From positions 1 to 32,000 of the forward strand of contig CAYZRF010000008.1 of NCBI GenBank assembly GCA_964480775.1: DNA of 32,000 bases, given 5' to 3'. The position numbers and the translations under genes are program-made. The notes below the pieces were generated by a model. It was not told the DNA's origin and ran no database searches. It saw nothing but the letters and a program-made list of their open reading frames with translations. Within the stretch, counting starts at the first letter, position 1. Each line of letters starts with the position of its first letter. The stretch is from an uncultured Nitrososphaerota archaeon. GTDB taxonomy: Archaea; Korarchaeota; Korarchaeia; Korarchaeales; Korarchaeaceae. This document shows positions 16,665 to 25,226 of the stretch, piece after piece.

Positions 16665-17825
16665 TTGAGGTTCGAAACTAAGGCTATTCATGTTGGAGAG
16701 GAGCCTAACCTTAAGGAAGGTGGATGTGGTGACGTGGTAGTCCCGATACATCTCTCTTCTACCTTTGCTAGAAAAGTGTTGGAAGAGTCCGTCGCTGGTT
16801 ACTCATATTCTAGGTCGGGAAATCCAACGAGAAATGCGCTGGAAAAAAGGTTGGCCGCCCTGGAAAATGCAAGGTTTGGCTTGGCATTTGCATCCGGGAT
16901 GGCTGCGATAAGTGCTGTATCCTTTGCCTTGCTGAGGCCGGGGGATCACATCGTCGCATTTGACGATCTTTATGGCGGGACAAAACGCTTGTTAACCAAA
17001 ATTATTAACGAACAGTTTAACATTGAACTGAGTTACGTCGATGCAAGGGATGTAAGAAAGGTTAAGAATGCAATCAAAGAGAACACAAAGGTCATCTGGT
17101 TGGAAACTCCAACCAATCCCTTGATGAAGCTTTGCGATATTCGAGCAATTTCGGAGGTTGCCAAGGACGAAAACGTGAAGGTAGTTATTGATAATACCTT
17201 TGCAAGCCCATACTTCCAGAGACCCCTAGAGCTTGGGGCGGACATAGTGGTTCACAGCATGACTAAGTACCTTAACGGACACAGCGATTCGATTGGAGGG
17301 GCTGTCATGCTCAGCAATGAAGAACTATACGATAGAATAAAGTTCTACCAAAAAGCAATGGGAGCCATTCTCTCTCCATTCGATAGTTATCTTGTTTTGA
17401 GGGGGATAAAAACTCTTGCAGTGAGAATGGAGAGGCATAACGAAAACGCACTTAAAATAGCAGAATACCTTGAAGCCCACCCGAAAGTAAGAAAAGTTAA
17501 CTACCCCGGGCTAAAGAGTCATCCTCAACATGATCTAGCCAAAAGGCAGATGTCTGGATTTGGTGGCATGCTTTCCTTTGAGATAAAGGGAGGACTAAGG
17601 GAAGCAAAGACCTTCTTAGAGGGGCTTAGGATTTTCTCGCTTGCCGTTAGCCTTGGTGGAGTTGAATCGTTAATTGAACATCCGGCCACGATGACACACG
17701 CCTCAGTACCTCAAGAGGAGAAGGAGAGGATAGGAATAACCGACTCGTTGATAAGGATGTCAGTTGGAATAGAAAACGTCGAAGATCTTATTGAGGACCT
17801 AGATTCTTCATTAAAGAGAATATAG
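16665..17825 (+). CDS. Cys/Met-metabolism PLP-dependent enzyme (cystathionine gamma-synthase/gamma-lyase/beta-lyase family)
   Basis: 386 aa. 'RFETKAIHVGE', 'YSRSGNPTRNALEKRLAALE' and the Schiff-base lysine block 'VVHSMTKYLNGHSD'. The TTG start is required to include the conserved N-terminus. Confidence 0.85.
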   Translation: MRFETKAIHVGEEPNLKEGGCGDVVVPIHLSSTFARKVLEESVAGYSYSRSGNPTRNALEKRLAALENARFGLAFASGMAAISAVSFALLRPGDHIVAFDDLYGGTKRLLTKIINEQFNIELSYVDARDVRKVKNAIKENTKVIWLETPTNPLMKLCDIRAISEVAKDENVKVVIDNTFASPYFQRPLELGADIVVHSMTKYLNGHSDSIGGAVMLSNEELYDRIKFYQKAMGAILSPFDSYLVLRGIKTLAVRMERHNENALKIAEYLEAHPKVRKVNYPGLKSHPQHDLAKRQMSGFGGMLSFEIKGGLREAKTFLEGLRIFSLAVSLGGVESLIEHPATMTHASVPQEEKERIGITDSLIRMSVGIENVEDLIEDLDSSLKRI

Positions 17826-17882
17826 AATCCATCCAATGTCCTTTTGTAACAATGCAGGTATCATTACTTCAAGTTGTCCCTC

Positions 17883-18194
17883 TTACAAAGATTGAACTAT
17901 TCTAATGAACTTAAATGTTATAGCTGATAGGATAAGGGCAGTAAAAAAATGAATATACATAAAGCCTTTTGTCAAGTGAATCGAGAAGAGAATCCAAGAC
18001 AGGAAAATGGCAATAGAAATCATAAATATTATTTTCTCTTTTCTCTCAATTGGCTTTGATTTTTTATTTTTTAATATTAAAATCCCCGCAACTCTCATCA
18101 TGAAAAAGGCTGACGCAATTAAGAAGACTGAACAAGCCCAGCCAGTAACCATTATCATGGACTCTTTCACTAATGATGACAGATCCATACACAT
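17883..18194 (-). CDS. hypothetical small membrane protein (about 3 TM)
   Basis: 103-aa A/T-rich ORF with three hydrophobic segments. No family recognised. Confidence 0.35.
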   Translation of the reverse strand: MCMDLSSLVKESMIMVTGWACSVFLIASAFFMMRVAGILILKNKKSKPIERKEKIIFMISIAIFLSWILFSIHLTKGFMYIHFFTALILSAITFKFIRIVQSL

Positions 18195-18287
18195 CCCCTA
18201 CAAAGATGTTTCAAAAAACATTGCTCTCCATTCATAATAAGCATTCTCTATGGGCCAAGCATACATTTATTTTACTCAATAGACCCA

Positions 18288-18788
18288 TTGAACCAATTAG
18301 TAGATTCAGTTAAGGAAGGTGAGGCTTTGGTTAAAATTCAATTTAAGGGTAAAACACCAATAATTGAGGACTTATCGGAAGAATACACGATAGAATATCT
18401 GGCGAGAAGTCCAAAAGGGATTTTATACCTAGTCATTTGGCCGAAGGACCCTACAAAAAGAAAGGGGTTTTATGAAACTTTCCGTCTCTTCATAGGCAAG
18501 GGAAAAAACATGAAAGAAGCAGAAATTTTGGATGCAATGAGGTTTCGAGATGGAGGAACCACTTACATAAAGTTCCGTTTTGAGGGAAGAGAATGCACGC
18601 TACACTTTCCAGCGGGGCGTCTTGCTAGAGCTAATCCTAATGTGACGTGCGATGGCAACCCCACAAAGGCAGTGAAATTAGAGTTGTTCATAAGATCTGG
18701 TTTTCTTCTTACAAAAGAGCCTGAAGGTAGATCTTTTATTGAATCGTTTAAGGAAAAAGTTGGTTTCCTGAAAGTTTTTAAGATGTGA
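18288..18788 (+). CDS. hypothetical protein (beta-rich, no family recognised)
   Basis: 166-aa ORF of non-repetitive composition. An alternative TTG start at 18327 follows a GGAAGGTGAGG SD-like motif. Confidence 0.5.
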   Translation: MNQLVDSVKEGEALVKIQFKGKTPIIEDLSEEYTIEYLARSPKGILYLVIWPKDPTKRKGFYETFRLFIGKGKNMKEAEILDAMRFRDGGTTYIKFRFEGRECTLHFPAGRLARANPNVTCDGNPTKAVKLELFIRSGFLLTKEPEGRSFIESFKEKVGFLKVFKM

Positions 18789-19072
18789 TATTATTCTGCC
18801 TGCACACCTTTGCGTTAGTGAAGTCGTGTTCTGCATTCCTTTACTTTGACTTCTTTTCCAACGTAAAGCCACCAGTCTCAATTGCCTTCGAATACACCTC
18901 ATCTCATCTTCTACAGCCTCTTCGATCCAAGAATGCGTAGGCAAAAGACACAAGAACTTCTTTGCATTCTCGAAGGGGTCAATTATTTAACCATTAGATG
19001 ACGCTAGAGTATAAGAGGATGTTTTAATGGACAAGATCATTTAGGATGCCGAAAATTGGCTAGGAAACAGGA

Positions 19073-20020
19073 ATGTACAGCACATTCCACGGATCTCTAT
19101 GGGCGGTGCTACAAGCTCTTGGGAATCCTCAACCCTACCATTACTTAATGGGCATGTCTGGGCAAGCCTTTAGGGTTCAAACCTTCGAGCCCTTCATTTG
19201 CCCCTGCTCACCAGATGCTACGTGCGGCTTCAACACCGGGGAAGTTGCTCTAAGAACGCTAGGATACGAGTATGTCTACATGTTCGGAAGGGAGGACGAC
19301 CCTGTTGCAGGTGAGATGAGGAAGGAAATAGTAGAGAGCATAGATAAAGGATTTCCTGTCTTAGCAATCGACTTGAGGAAGGTTGCTGACTGGGGAGTTA
19401 TTGTGGGCTACAGAAGAGACGGAGAGGAGTTCATATGTAGAACCTATCATGATGAGTCCGACGAGTACTCTACAAACGAGAAATGGCCCTGGGCGATTTA
19501 CGTTTTAAAAGGGAAGAGAGAGGAGCAGAAAGAAAGAGAAGAAATTGTCTTGAACTCTCTGCTAATAGCGATCAAGTTAGCTCACACTGAAAAGTTCCCG
19601 ATAGGCGACAATTTCCTAAAAAGTGGTTTTGCTGCCTTTGAGCAGTGGATAAACCATCTCGAAAATGAATCCTACTATCAAAGCCTTAAAAAGGAGGAAT
19701 TCTATAACGCGAGGCTATACAACGCCTGGAACTACATTAGCCTTATCAATGCTCGGGACTCAGCTGTACGATACCTCCAAGAGGAAGCAAGCACCCTAAA
19801 AAAGGGTAGTGAAAACATGCTTTACGCAGCCAAGATTTACTCGCAGGAGGTGGATATACTGGAAAAAGGAAGGAGATACGCCCTTTATCCCTGGGAAGAG
19901 GGTCCTTGGGGACCTGAAGAAAGACAGGAAGAAATTGAAACTCTTAAGCAGGTTTTGAAATTAGAGAAGGAAGCAGTTGAAGTGATTGCTGAAGTAGTAA
20001 AAAATATGGGCAGCTCGTAA
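19073..20020 (+). CDS. hypothetical two-domain protein (N-terminal alpha/beta part with a CPCSPDATCG cluster, KE-rich linker, helical C-terminal half)
   Basis: 315-aa ORF with an ATG start. The layout is faintly reminiscent of BtrH_N/DUF4872-type papain-like proteins, but I cannot place catalytic Cys/His residues. Confidence 0.55.
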   Translation: MYSTFHGSLWAVLQALGNPQPYHYLMGMSGQAFRVQTFEPFICPCSPDATCGFNTGEVALRTLGYEYVYMFGREDDPVAGEMRKEIVESIDKGFPVLAIDLRKVADWGVIVGYRRDGEEFICRTYHDESDEYSTNEKWPWAIYVLKGKREEQKEREEIVLNSLLIAIKLAHTEKFPIGDNFLKSGFAAFEQWINHLENESYYQSLKKEEFYNARLYNAWNYISLINARDSAVRYLQEEASTLKKGSENMLYAAKIYSQEVDILEKGRRYALYPWEEGPWGPEERQEEIETLKQVLKLEKEAVEVIAEVVKNMGSS

Positions 20021-20104
20021 TTTGAGCCTGATAATGTAGATGTTGCCCTTACGCATCGCTATAGTTACGTGCGTGCTACAGCAAGCCTTCTATCGGGCTA
20101 TTGT

Positions 20105-21217
20105 TTATATGTCTCTTACCCTCTCGTTGAAAAACTGTACAGCTCTTTTGATAGAATCTATTTTGTTTTGAATTTTAAGGAAGACATGACCCTCATCTTG
20201 ATACAATATGTAGTCACAATCTTTCCCCATCTTCCTCAAAGCAGAAACAATTTGTTCTGCTTCAGCCCTTGGAACTCGTGGATCGTTTGCTCCTTGCTGA
20301 ATCTGTAGAGGAGCCTCAATTTGATCTACAAAGTTTATCGGAGAGCGATCGTAGTAAAGTTCTGGGTTATCCTCTGGCCTGCCAAGCTGCATCTTTAGAT
20401 ATCCCCTGAGATCTCCTCTTGTTGTATCCCACAGCGTCTTTAGATTCACTACCCCGCAGATGCTACAACCAGCTGCCCACTTTTTCGGGAACTTGGTCAT
20501 TGCCATCAGCGTTAGGTAACCACCGTAAGATATCCCCACAATACATATCTTGGAACCATTAACCAAACCTTGCTTTATGATGTAGTCTACTCCAGCAACT
20601 AAATCCCTTAAGTCTCCACCTCCCCAGTCTTTCAGGTTGAGATCTCGAAACTCGGCTCCATAACCTGTACTACCCCGAACGTTAGGTGCTAAGACGGAGT
20701 AACCCTGTGCTACCATGTATTGAAGGTACGGGTTCCATCGATTCACAGATTGTCCAGTTGGTCCTCCATGCGGCCAGACGATGCAAGGAGGTTTTCCAGG
20801 ACCAGCATAGTTAGAGGTTGGATAGAATAAGCCAGGAATCCTTCTTCCATCGAAACTGGTCCACCAAAGTTCCATAGGCTCCGCTAAAAGGCTCAGATCA
20901 ATATTACCTTGAAGTGAGTTTGTTAGTCTAGTCCAAGTTCCTTCTTGCAGCTCGAACCTCCAGAGATCAGGCGGTGACTTAGGTCCGCTATGAATTACCA
21001 CAAGGAAATCTCCAGTGTTGCTGAACTTAGGTGAACTGCAAATTCCTGGGGGAATGTTCAGCGGGATCGACTCCCCTGACTCCAAGTCATATACATAAAT
21101 ATCCATCGTCCCATTTTTGTTTAAGATGTAGGCAACTCTCTTAGAATCCGCGCTAAACCTCGGCTCTTTAGCTTCCCACTCTCCATCGTATATCCACACG
21201 ATCTCTTCGGTTAACAT
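20105..21217 (-). CDS. S9 prolyl-oligopeptidase/acylaminoacyl-peptidase family, C-terminal part (last propeller blades plus catalytic domain)
   Basis: Catalytic triad context 'VGISYGGY' (GxSxG), 'GANDPRVP' and 'QDEGHVF'. The frame remains open and sensible upstream of the annotated Met, back to the G7 run. Confidence 0.85.
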   Translation of the reverse strand: MLTEEIVWIYDGEWEAKEPRFSADSKRVAYILNKNGTMDIYVYDLESGESIPLNIPPGICSSPKFSNTGDFLVVIHSGPKSPPDLWRFELQEGTWTRLTNSLQGNIDLSLLAEPMELWWTSFDGRRIPGLFYPTSNYAGPGKPPCIVWPHGGPTGQSVNRWNPYLQYMVAQGYSVLAPNVRGSTGYGAEFRDLNLKDWGGGDLRDLVAGVDYIIKQGLVNGSKICIVGISYGGYLTLMAMTKFPKKWAAGCSICGVVNLKTLWDTTRGDLRGYLKMQLGRPEDNPELYYDRSPINFVDQIEAPLQIQQGANDPRVPRAEAEQIVSALRKMGKDCDYILYQDEGHVFLKIQNKIDSIKRAVQFFNERVRDI

Positions 21218-21948
21218 GTTGTAGAGTCCGATGTGATTCTGTCCATGTACGTCCGAAGCAAAGGCAACCCACTTACCGTCCTTAGAAATATCAAAACCCC
21301 CCCAATGAAGCCTCCGTCCTTCGTGTTTTTACCAGTCGAGATTAGAACGCGAGTCTCTCCTGTCTCCAGGTTGGAGATGTAGATTTTTTCTGATTGAAGG
21401 TTCTTGACATCCATTGAGGAAAAAACAAGATATTTGTCATCGGGTGTGAACCTTAAGATAGGGAACAACACAGGTCCATAGATCCTGCGCGGACATCCCT
21501 CTCCCACTTTTGTTATGTAGAGATAGAAAGTACCTTCAAAGTTCGCCTCAAATGCTATACTACAGCTATCATGAGACCAAGCATGGGATCTGATGCAGTG
21601 ATCGGGGTCTTCGATAATTGCGTGTAAATCGGATCCATCTGGACGCATCAGATATATGTCAAAGTTCTCATTTCCTTGAAAGTCCTTAAGGAAGGAGACC
21701 CATGCTCCATTAAAACTGTAGAGAGGAATCCTTTTAGCCCCTTCACCAAAGGTGAGACGTTCTGCTTTTCCTCCTTCCGCTGGAATGCTATAGATATCAA
21801 AATTTCCTGTCTTGTTCCAACTGAAGACTAGTTTTTTCCCATCGGGAGCTATGTCAAAGGATCCGACCTCAAAAACCTTGCTAAGATCCTCAAGTGAGAA
21901 AGGTTCTTTCTTTAGTCTCTTCCTTTTCGAACCTTGACCTTGCACCAT
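21211..21948 (-). CDS. S9 acylaminoacyl-peptidase family, N-terminal beta-propeller part (frame lost at the G7 run)
   Basis: Blades 'DIAPDGKKLVFSWNKTGNFDIY', 'YSFNGAWVSFLKDFQGNENFDIYLM' and 'RFTPDDKYLVFSS'. The last 28 residues (VLIFLRTVSGLPLLRTYMDRITSDSTTC) look like out-of-frame translation. Confidence 0.8.
   Translation of the reverse strand: MVQGQGSKRKRLKKEPFSLEDLSKVFEVGSFDIAPDGKKLVFSWNKTGNFDIYSIPAEGGKAERLTFGEGAKRIPLYSFNGAWVSFLKDFQGNENFDIYLMRPDGSDLHAIIEDPDHCIRSHAWSHDSCSIAFEANFEGTFYLYITKVGEGCPRRIYGPVLFPILRFTPDDKYLVFSSMDVKNLQSEKIYISNLETGETRVLISTGKNTKDGGFIGGVLIFLRTVSGLPLLRTYMDRITSDSTTC
21297..21303 (-). repeat. C7 (G7 on the coding strand) homopolymer at the junction of the two S9 peptidase frames
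   Basis: The coding strand reads att ggg ggg gtt ttg. One extra G gives att ggg ggg ggt ttt gat, which reads ...IGGGFDISKDGKWVAF... Confidence 0.9.
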
Positions 21949-22194
21949 TTTAATTTCACTTCTGCCAGTTTTGATTTTCGGATTTTTTATTAAAGTGAAC
22001 GATGCGCGCTAAAGTAGGTGATTTCTGTAAGATCGTGAAAAATACGAGAGACTTAAGTTGACATTGCTACTGACATCCGATTAGATAGAGTTCTGAAATC
22101 TAAATAATTAAAGTCGCGTAGTCATAATTTACAGCTATCTTGATGACTTTTCGATTGTTAAGGCTTATTATGAGTATCATAAAAGAGCGCAAGT

Positions 22195-22251
22195 AGGCTT
22201 CTTTTACTCCCTTGTGGATTTTACGCCAAAAAATTGAAAGGGAAGAAGCCT
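22195..22251 (-). terminator. imperfect hairpin (AGGCTTCTT..CCCTT / AAGGG.AAGAAGCCT) downstream of the DUF1847 gene
   Basis: 9+5 bp arms with a 5-nt bulge and a loop of about 24 nt, starting about 45 nt after the stop at 22297. On the minus strand it is followed by CTCTTTT. Confidence 0.2.
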
Positions 22252-22296
22252 CAGTCACTAAAATTAAACAAAATGAAATTGGTACTACATGATTCT

Positions 22297-22977
22297 TTAG
22301 AGTTTTTCAGTGTAATATCTAGGATTATGATACCCACTATACAACGAAGCTACGGGGTTATGACCAGTAACCCTATCTTTGACTATCAATGTCGTTACTG
22401 GTGCATTTGAGTATTTAGTAAACAGGATATCGTGACCTATGCAGAGACCTACTATGATATTTAGGTCAACGTTTTCTGAGTTGAGCACCTCTGCCTGAAC
22501 TATTGGATTGCAGGCAGCCTCAAATCTCCCAAGCTCTCCGTACAAGCTAACTATTTTGTGCTCTTCAGGCACTCCTAGTTCCGTTTTATCAATTCCTCCA
22601 CATTTGCAACGAACAGAACAGACCTCAAAACCAGCCTTTTCAAGTATCTCAACAACCCTTCTTGCTTCATCGCTTAGACCCGTGCAAAAAGCGACACCTA
22701 GCTTTTTCCACCCCATCATTTGAGAGAACTTAATGATCTCAAGCATTCTAGGCCTTACGCTGATTATCCTGCCCCTTATCATTTGATATGCCAGCTTCTC
22801 AGTGATCGTTGAGTTCAGGTAGAGTAGTCTATTCTCCTCCTCTTTATACTTCTCTATAGCCTTACTAATGAATTCTTGCTTGTTTTTCATGGGACAAAAA
22901 TTGGGAAGAAGTTCTTCCTTCCACTCTCCCTTCCTACAATAAGGTTCTGGGCATTTAGCACAGTTTGGACTTGTCAA
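22297..22977 (-). CDS. DUF1847-family Cys-rich (putative metal-binding) protein
   Basis: 226 aa. The N-terminal 'CAKCPEPYCRKG...FCPMK' cysteine cluster and overall length fit DUF1847. TTG start with AGGTG upstream, and no in-frame ATG before the Cys cluster. Confidence 0.6.
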   Translation of the reverse strand: MTSPNCAKCPEPYCRKGEWKEELLPNFCPMKNKQEFISKAIEKYKEEENRLLYLNSTITEKLAYQMIRGRIISVRPRMLEIIKFSQMMGWKKLGVAFCTGLSDEARRVVEILEKAGFEVCSVRCKCGGIDKTELGVPEEHKIVSLYGELGRFEAACNPIVQAEVLNSENVDLNIIVGLCIGHDILFTKYSNAPVTTLIVKDRVTGHNPVASLYSGYHNPRYYTEKL

Positions 22978-23140
22978 TTTAACACACCTGCAGCATCATT
23001 TGTATTTTTTACTTAATTGCTTTAACAGATTAACATCTGAACTTGCGATGGAAATCAGGAAACTCCGATAAAAACACTTATTACTGTTAGAAAACTAACG
23101 TTTTTCTTCTATTTGAGGTTCACCATCCCAATTTTTGGGT

Positions 23141-23150
23141 TTTTAAAATA
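23141..23150 (+). promoter_or_regulatory. TATA-like box TTTTAAAATA for hyuA
   Basis: Lies 26-35 nt upstream of ATG 23176, which implies a leaderless transcript. It sits in a 198-bp divergent region shared with the DUF1847 gene. Confidence 0.35.
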
Positions 23151-23175
23151 TCTAAGAGTAGAAAGTTAGAATGAC

Positions 23176-25218
23176 ATGAGCTTTAGAGTAGGAATTGATG
23201 TTGGCGGAACTTTCACAGACATCGTAGTTCTTAACGAGCAAACTGGCGAAATCATTGCTACAAAAGTCCCATCTACTCCAGAGGATCAATCCATAGGAGT
23301 TGTAAAAGCCATTAAGAAATTAGGAGAGATGTTTCCATATAAGAACCTCTCCTTTCTAGTTCATGGAACGACTGTAGCAACTAACGCGTTGTTGGAAAGA
23401 AAGGGCGCGAAGACAGCTCTTGTGGTAACGGAGGGATTCAGGGACATTTTATACATAGGCAGGCAAACGAGACCCCATCTATACAACGAGTGGGTTATGA
23501 AGCCCGAGCCCCCGGTTCCTCGATACCTAACCTTTGAGATACCAGAACGAATGAGATACGACGGAGAGATCATCAAAGAATTGGACGTAGAAAAGGCTAG
23601 GGAAGTAATTGAGAAGTTGAAAAGTCTAAACGTGGAATCCGTCGCAATCTGCTTCCTTCACTCTTACGTGAATCCTTCCAACGAAAGAAAGTTCGCAGAG
23701 ATACTAAAGGAGGAAGCGCCTGAGATTAGAGTTTCTATATCATCTGATATAATTGCAGAGTTCAGAGAATTCGAAAGGGCAAGCACAACTGTGCTGAATG
23801 CTTACTTAATGCCTCTTGTTGAGAGATATCTTACTAGATTAGTCAAAAGAAAGAATGAATTGGGAATAAAGAAAGAACTGCACGTTATGAGATCTGATGG
23901 GGGCATTATGAGCTCAAAAACAGCAGCAGAACAAAGCGTTCACACCATCTTCTCAGGTTTAGCAGGAGGAGCCCTCATAGGTCCCTTGATTTGCGAACAA
24001 ACAGGAGTCAAGAACGTAATAACCCTGGATATGGGGGGTACTAGCACAGATATCTGCTTGCAACACAATGGGAAGTTCAATTACACTAGCAAAAGCGAAT
24101 TTGAGGGATTCCCGATAAGCATCCCCACCATAGAAATTCACACTATAGGCGCTGGCGGAGGGAGTATAGCATGGATAGACAAGGGCGGAGCTCTTAGGGT
24201 TGGTCCGCAAAGTGCCGGAGCAGATCCAGGTCCAGCTTGCTACGGAAAAGGAGGGTTGGATCCTACTGTTACTGATGCAAATCTCGTGGTTGGACATATA
24301 AACCCAGATTACTTCCTAGGGGGCGAGATTAAGCTTCACAAAGAACTTGCTATAAAGGCGATCAAGAGGATTTCAGAGGTTCTCGAGGCAGGTGAAGAGG
24401 AAGCTAGCGCTGGGATAATAGATGTTGTAAACTCCAATATGGTTGGAGGCATCAAGGTAGTTTCAGTTCAGAAGGGATGGGATCCGAGGGAATTTGCCCT
24501 AGTTGCCTTTGGAGGAGCTGGGCCGATGCACGGCGTTGCACTCGTTGATGTCTTAAACATGAGCAAGCTCATAGTTCCTCCCAATCCAGCAAATTGCTCT
24601 GCATTAGGCCTGCTATTGACTGACATAAAATGTTCTTTCGTTCAAACCTGTTTTGTCCTAGCCAGAGAGCTTAGCTTGTCGAAGTACTACAAAATTGTCG
24701 GAGAACTAACTAGGAGAGTAATGGAATACATGAAAAGGGAGGGCATTCCAGAGGAAAAAGTGATATCTTTGATTAGCGCTGATATGAGGTACGAACTCCA
24801 GTCTTGGGAACTTAACATACCTATAACCCACGAGGTTAAAGACGAGGAAGATATTGAAAAGATAATTGATGATTTTCATGCCGCACACGAGCGAACATAC
24901 GGATACTGTATGAGAGATGAACCAGTGATGTTCGTGAACTTCAGAATTCAAGGAATAGCAAAACTTCCTAAGATCAAGTTCAAACCTACGCTTCCTCATG
25001 GAGGAAGGAAGCCTGATAGAGCATTTAAGGGCATAAGGAAGGTTTTCTTTGAAGGATCTTTCATCAAATACGAAATTTATGAAAGAAGTAGGCTTGAGGA
25101 AGGAAATTTGGTTGAAGGACCAGCAATTATAGAGGAGTATGCGTCAACCATTCCTATTCCGCCTGGATGGGAAGCAAAAATAGATGGCTTTGGAAATCTC
25201 ATTGTAAGTCGTCAGTAA
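23176..25218 (+). CDS. hyuA: hydantoinase/oxoprolinase family, A (beta) subunit
   Basis: 680 aa. N-terminal 'RVGIDVGGTFTDIV' and the mid 'ITLDMGGTSTDI' ATPase motifs of the hydantoinase_A family. Confidence 0.9.
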   Translation: MSFRVGIDVGGTFTDIVVLNEQTGEIIATKVPSTPEDQSIGVVKAIKKLGEMFPYKNLSFLVHGTTVATNALLERKGAKTALVVTEGFRDILYIGRQTRPHLYNEWVMKPEPPVPRYLTFEIPERMRYDGEIIKELDVEKAREVIEKLKSLNVESVAICFLHSYVNPSNERKFAEILKEEAPEIRVSISSDIIAEFREFERASTTVLNAYLMPLVERYLTRLVKRKNELGIKKELHVMRSDGGIMSSKTAAEQSVHTIFSGLAGGALIGPLICEQTGVKNVITLDMGGTSTDICLQHNGKFNYTSKSEFEGFPISIPTIEIHTIGAGGGSIAWIDKGGALRVGPQSAGADPGPACYGKGGLDPTVTDANLVVGHINPDYFLGGEIKLHKELAIKAIKRISEVLEAGEEEASAGIIDVVNSNMVGGIKVVSVQKGWDPREFALVAFGGAGPMHGVALVDVLNMSKLIVPPNPANCSALGLLLTDIKCSFVQTCFVLARELSLSKYYKIVGELTRRVMEYMKREGIPEEKVISLISADMRYELQSWELNIPITHEVKDEEDIEKIIDDFHAAHERTYGYCMRDEPVMFVNFRIQGIAKLPKIKFKPTLPHGGRKPDRAFKGIRKVFFEGSFIKYEIYERSRLEEGNLVEGPAIIEEYASTIPIPPGWEAKIDGFGNLIVSRQ

Positions 25219-25226
25219 TACGAATT

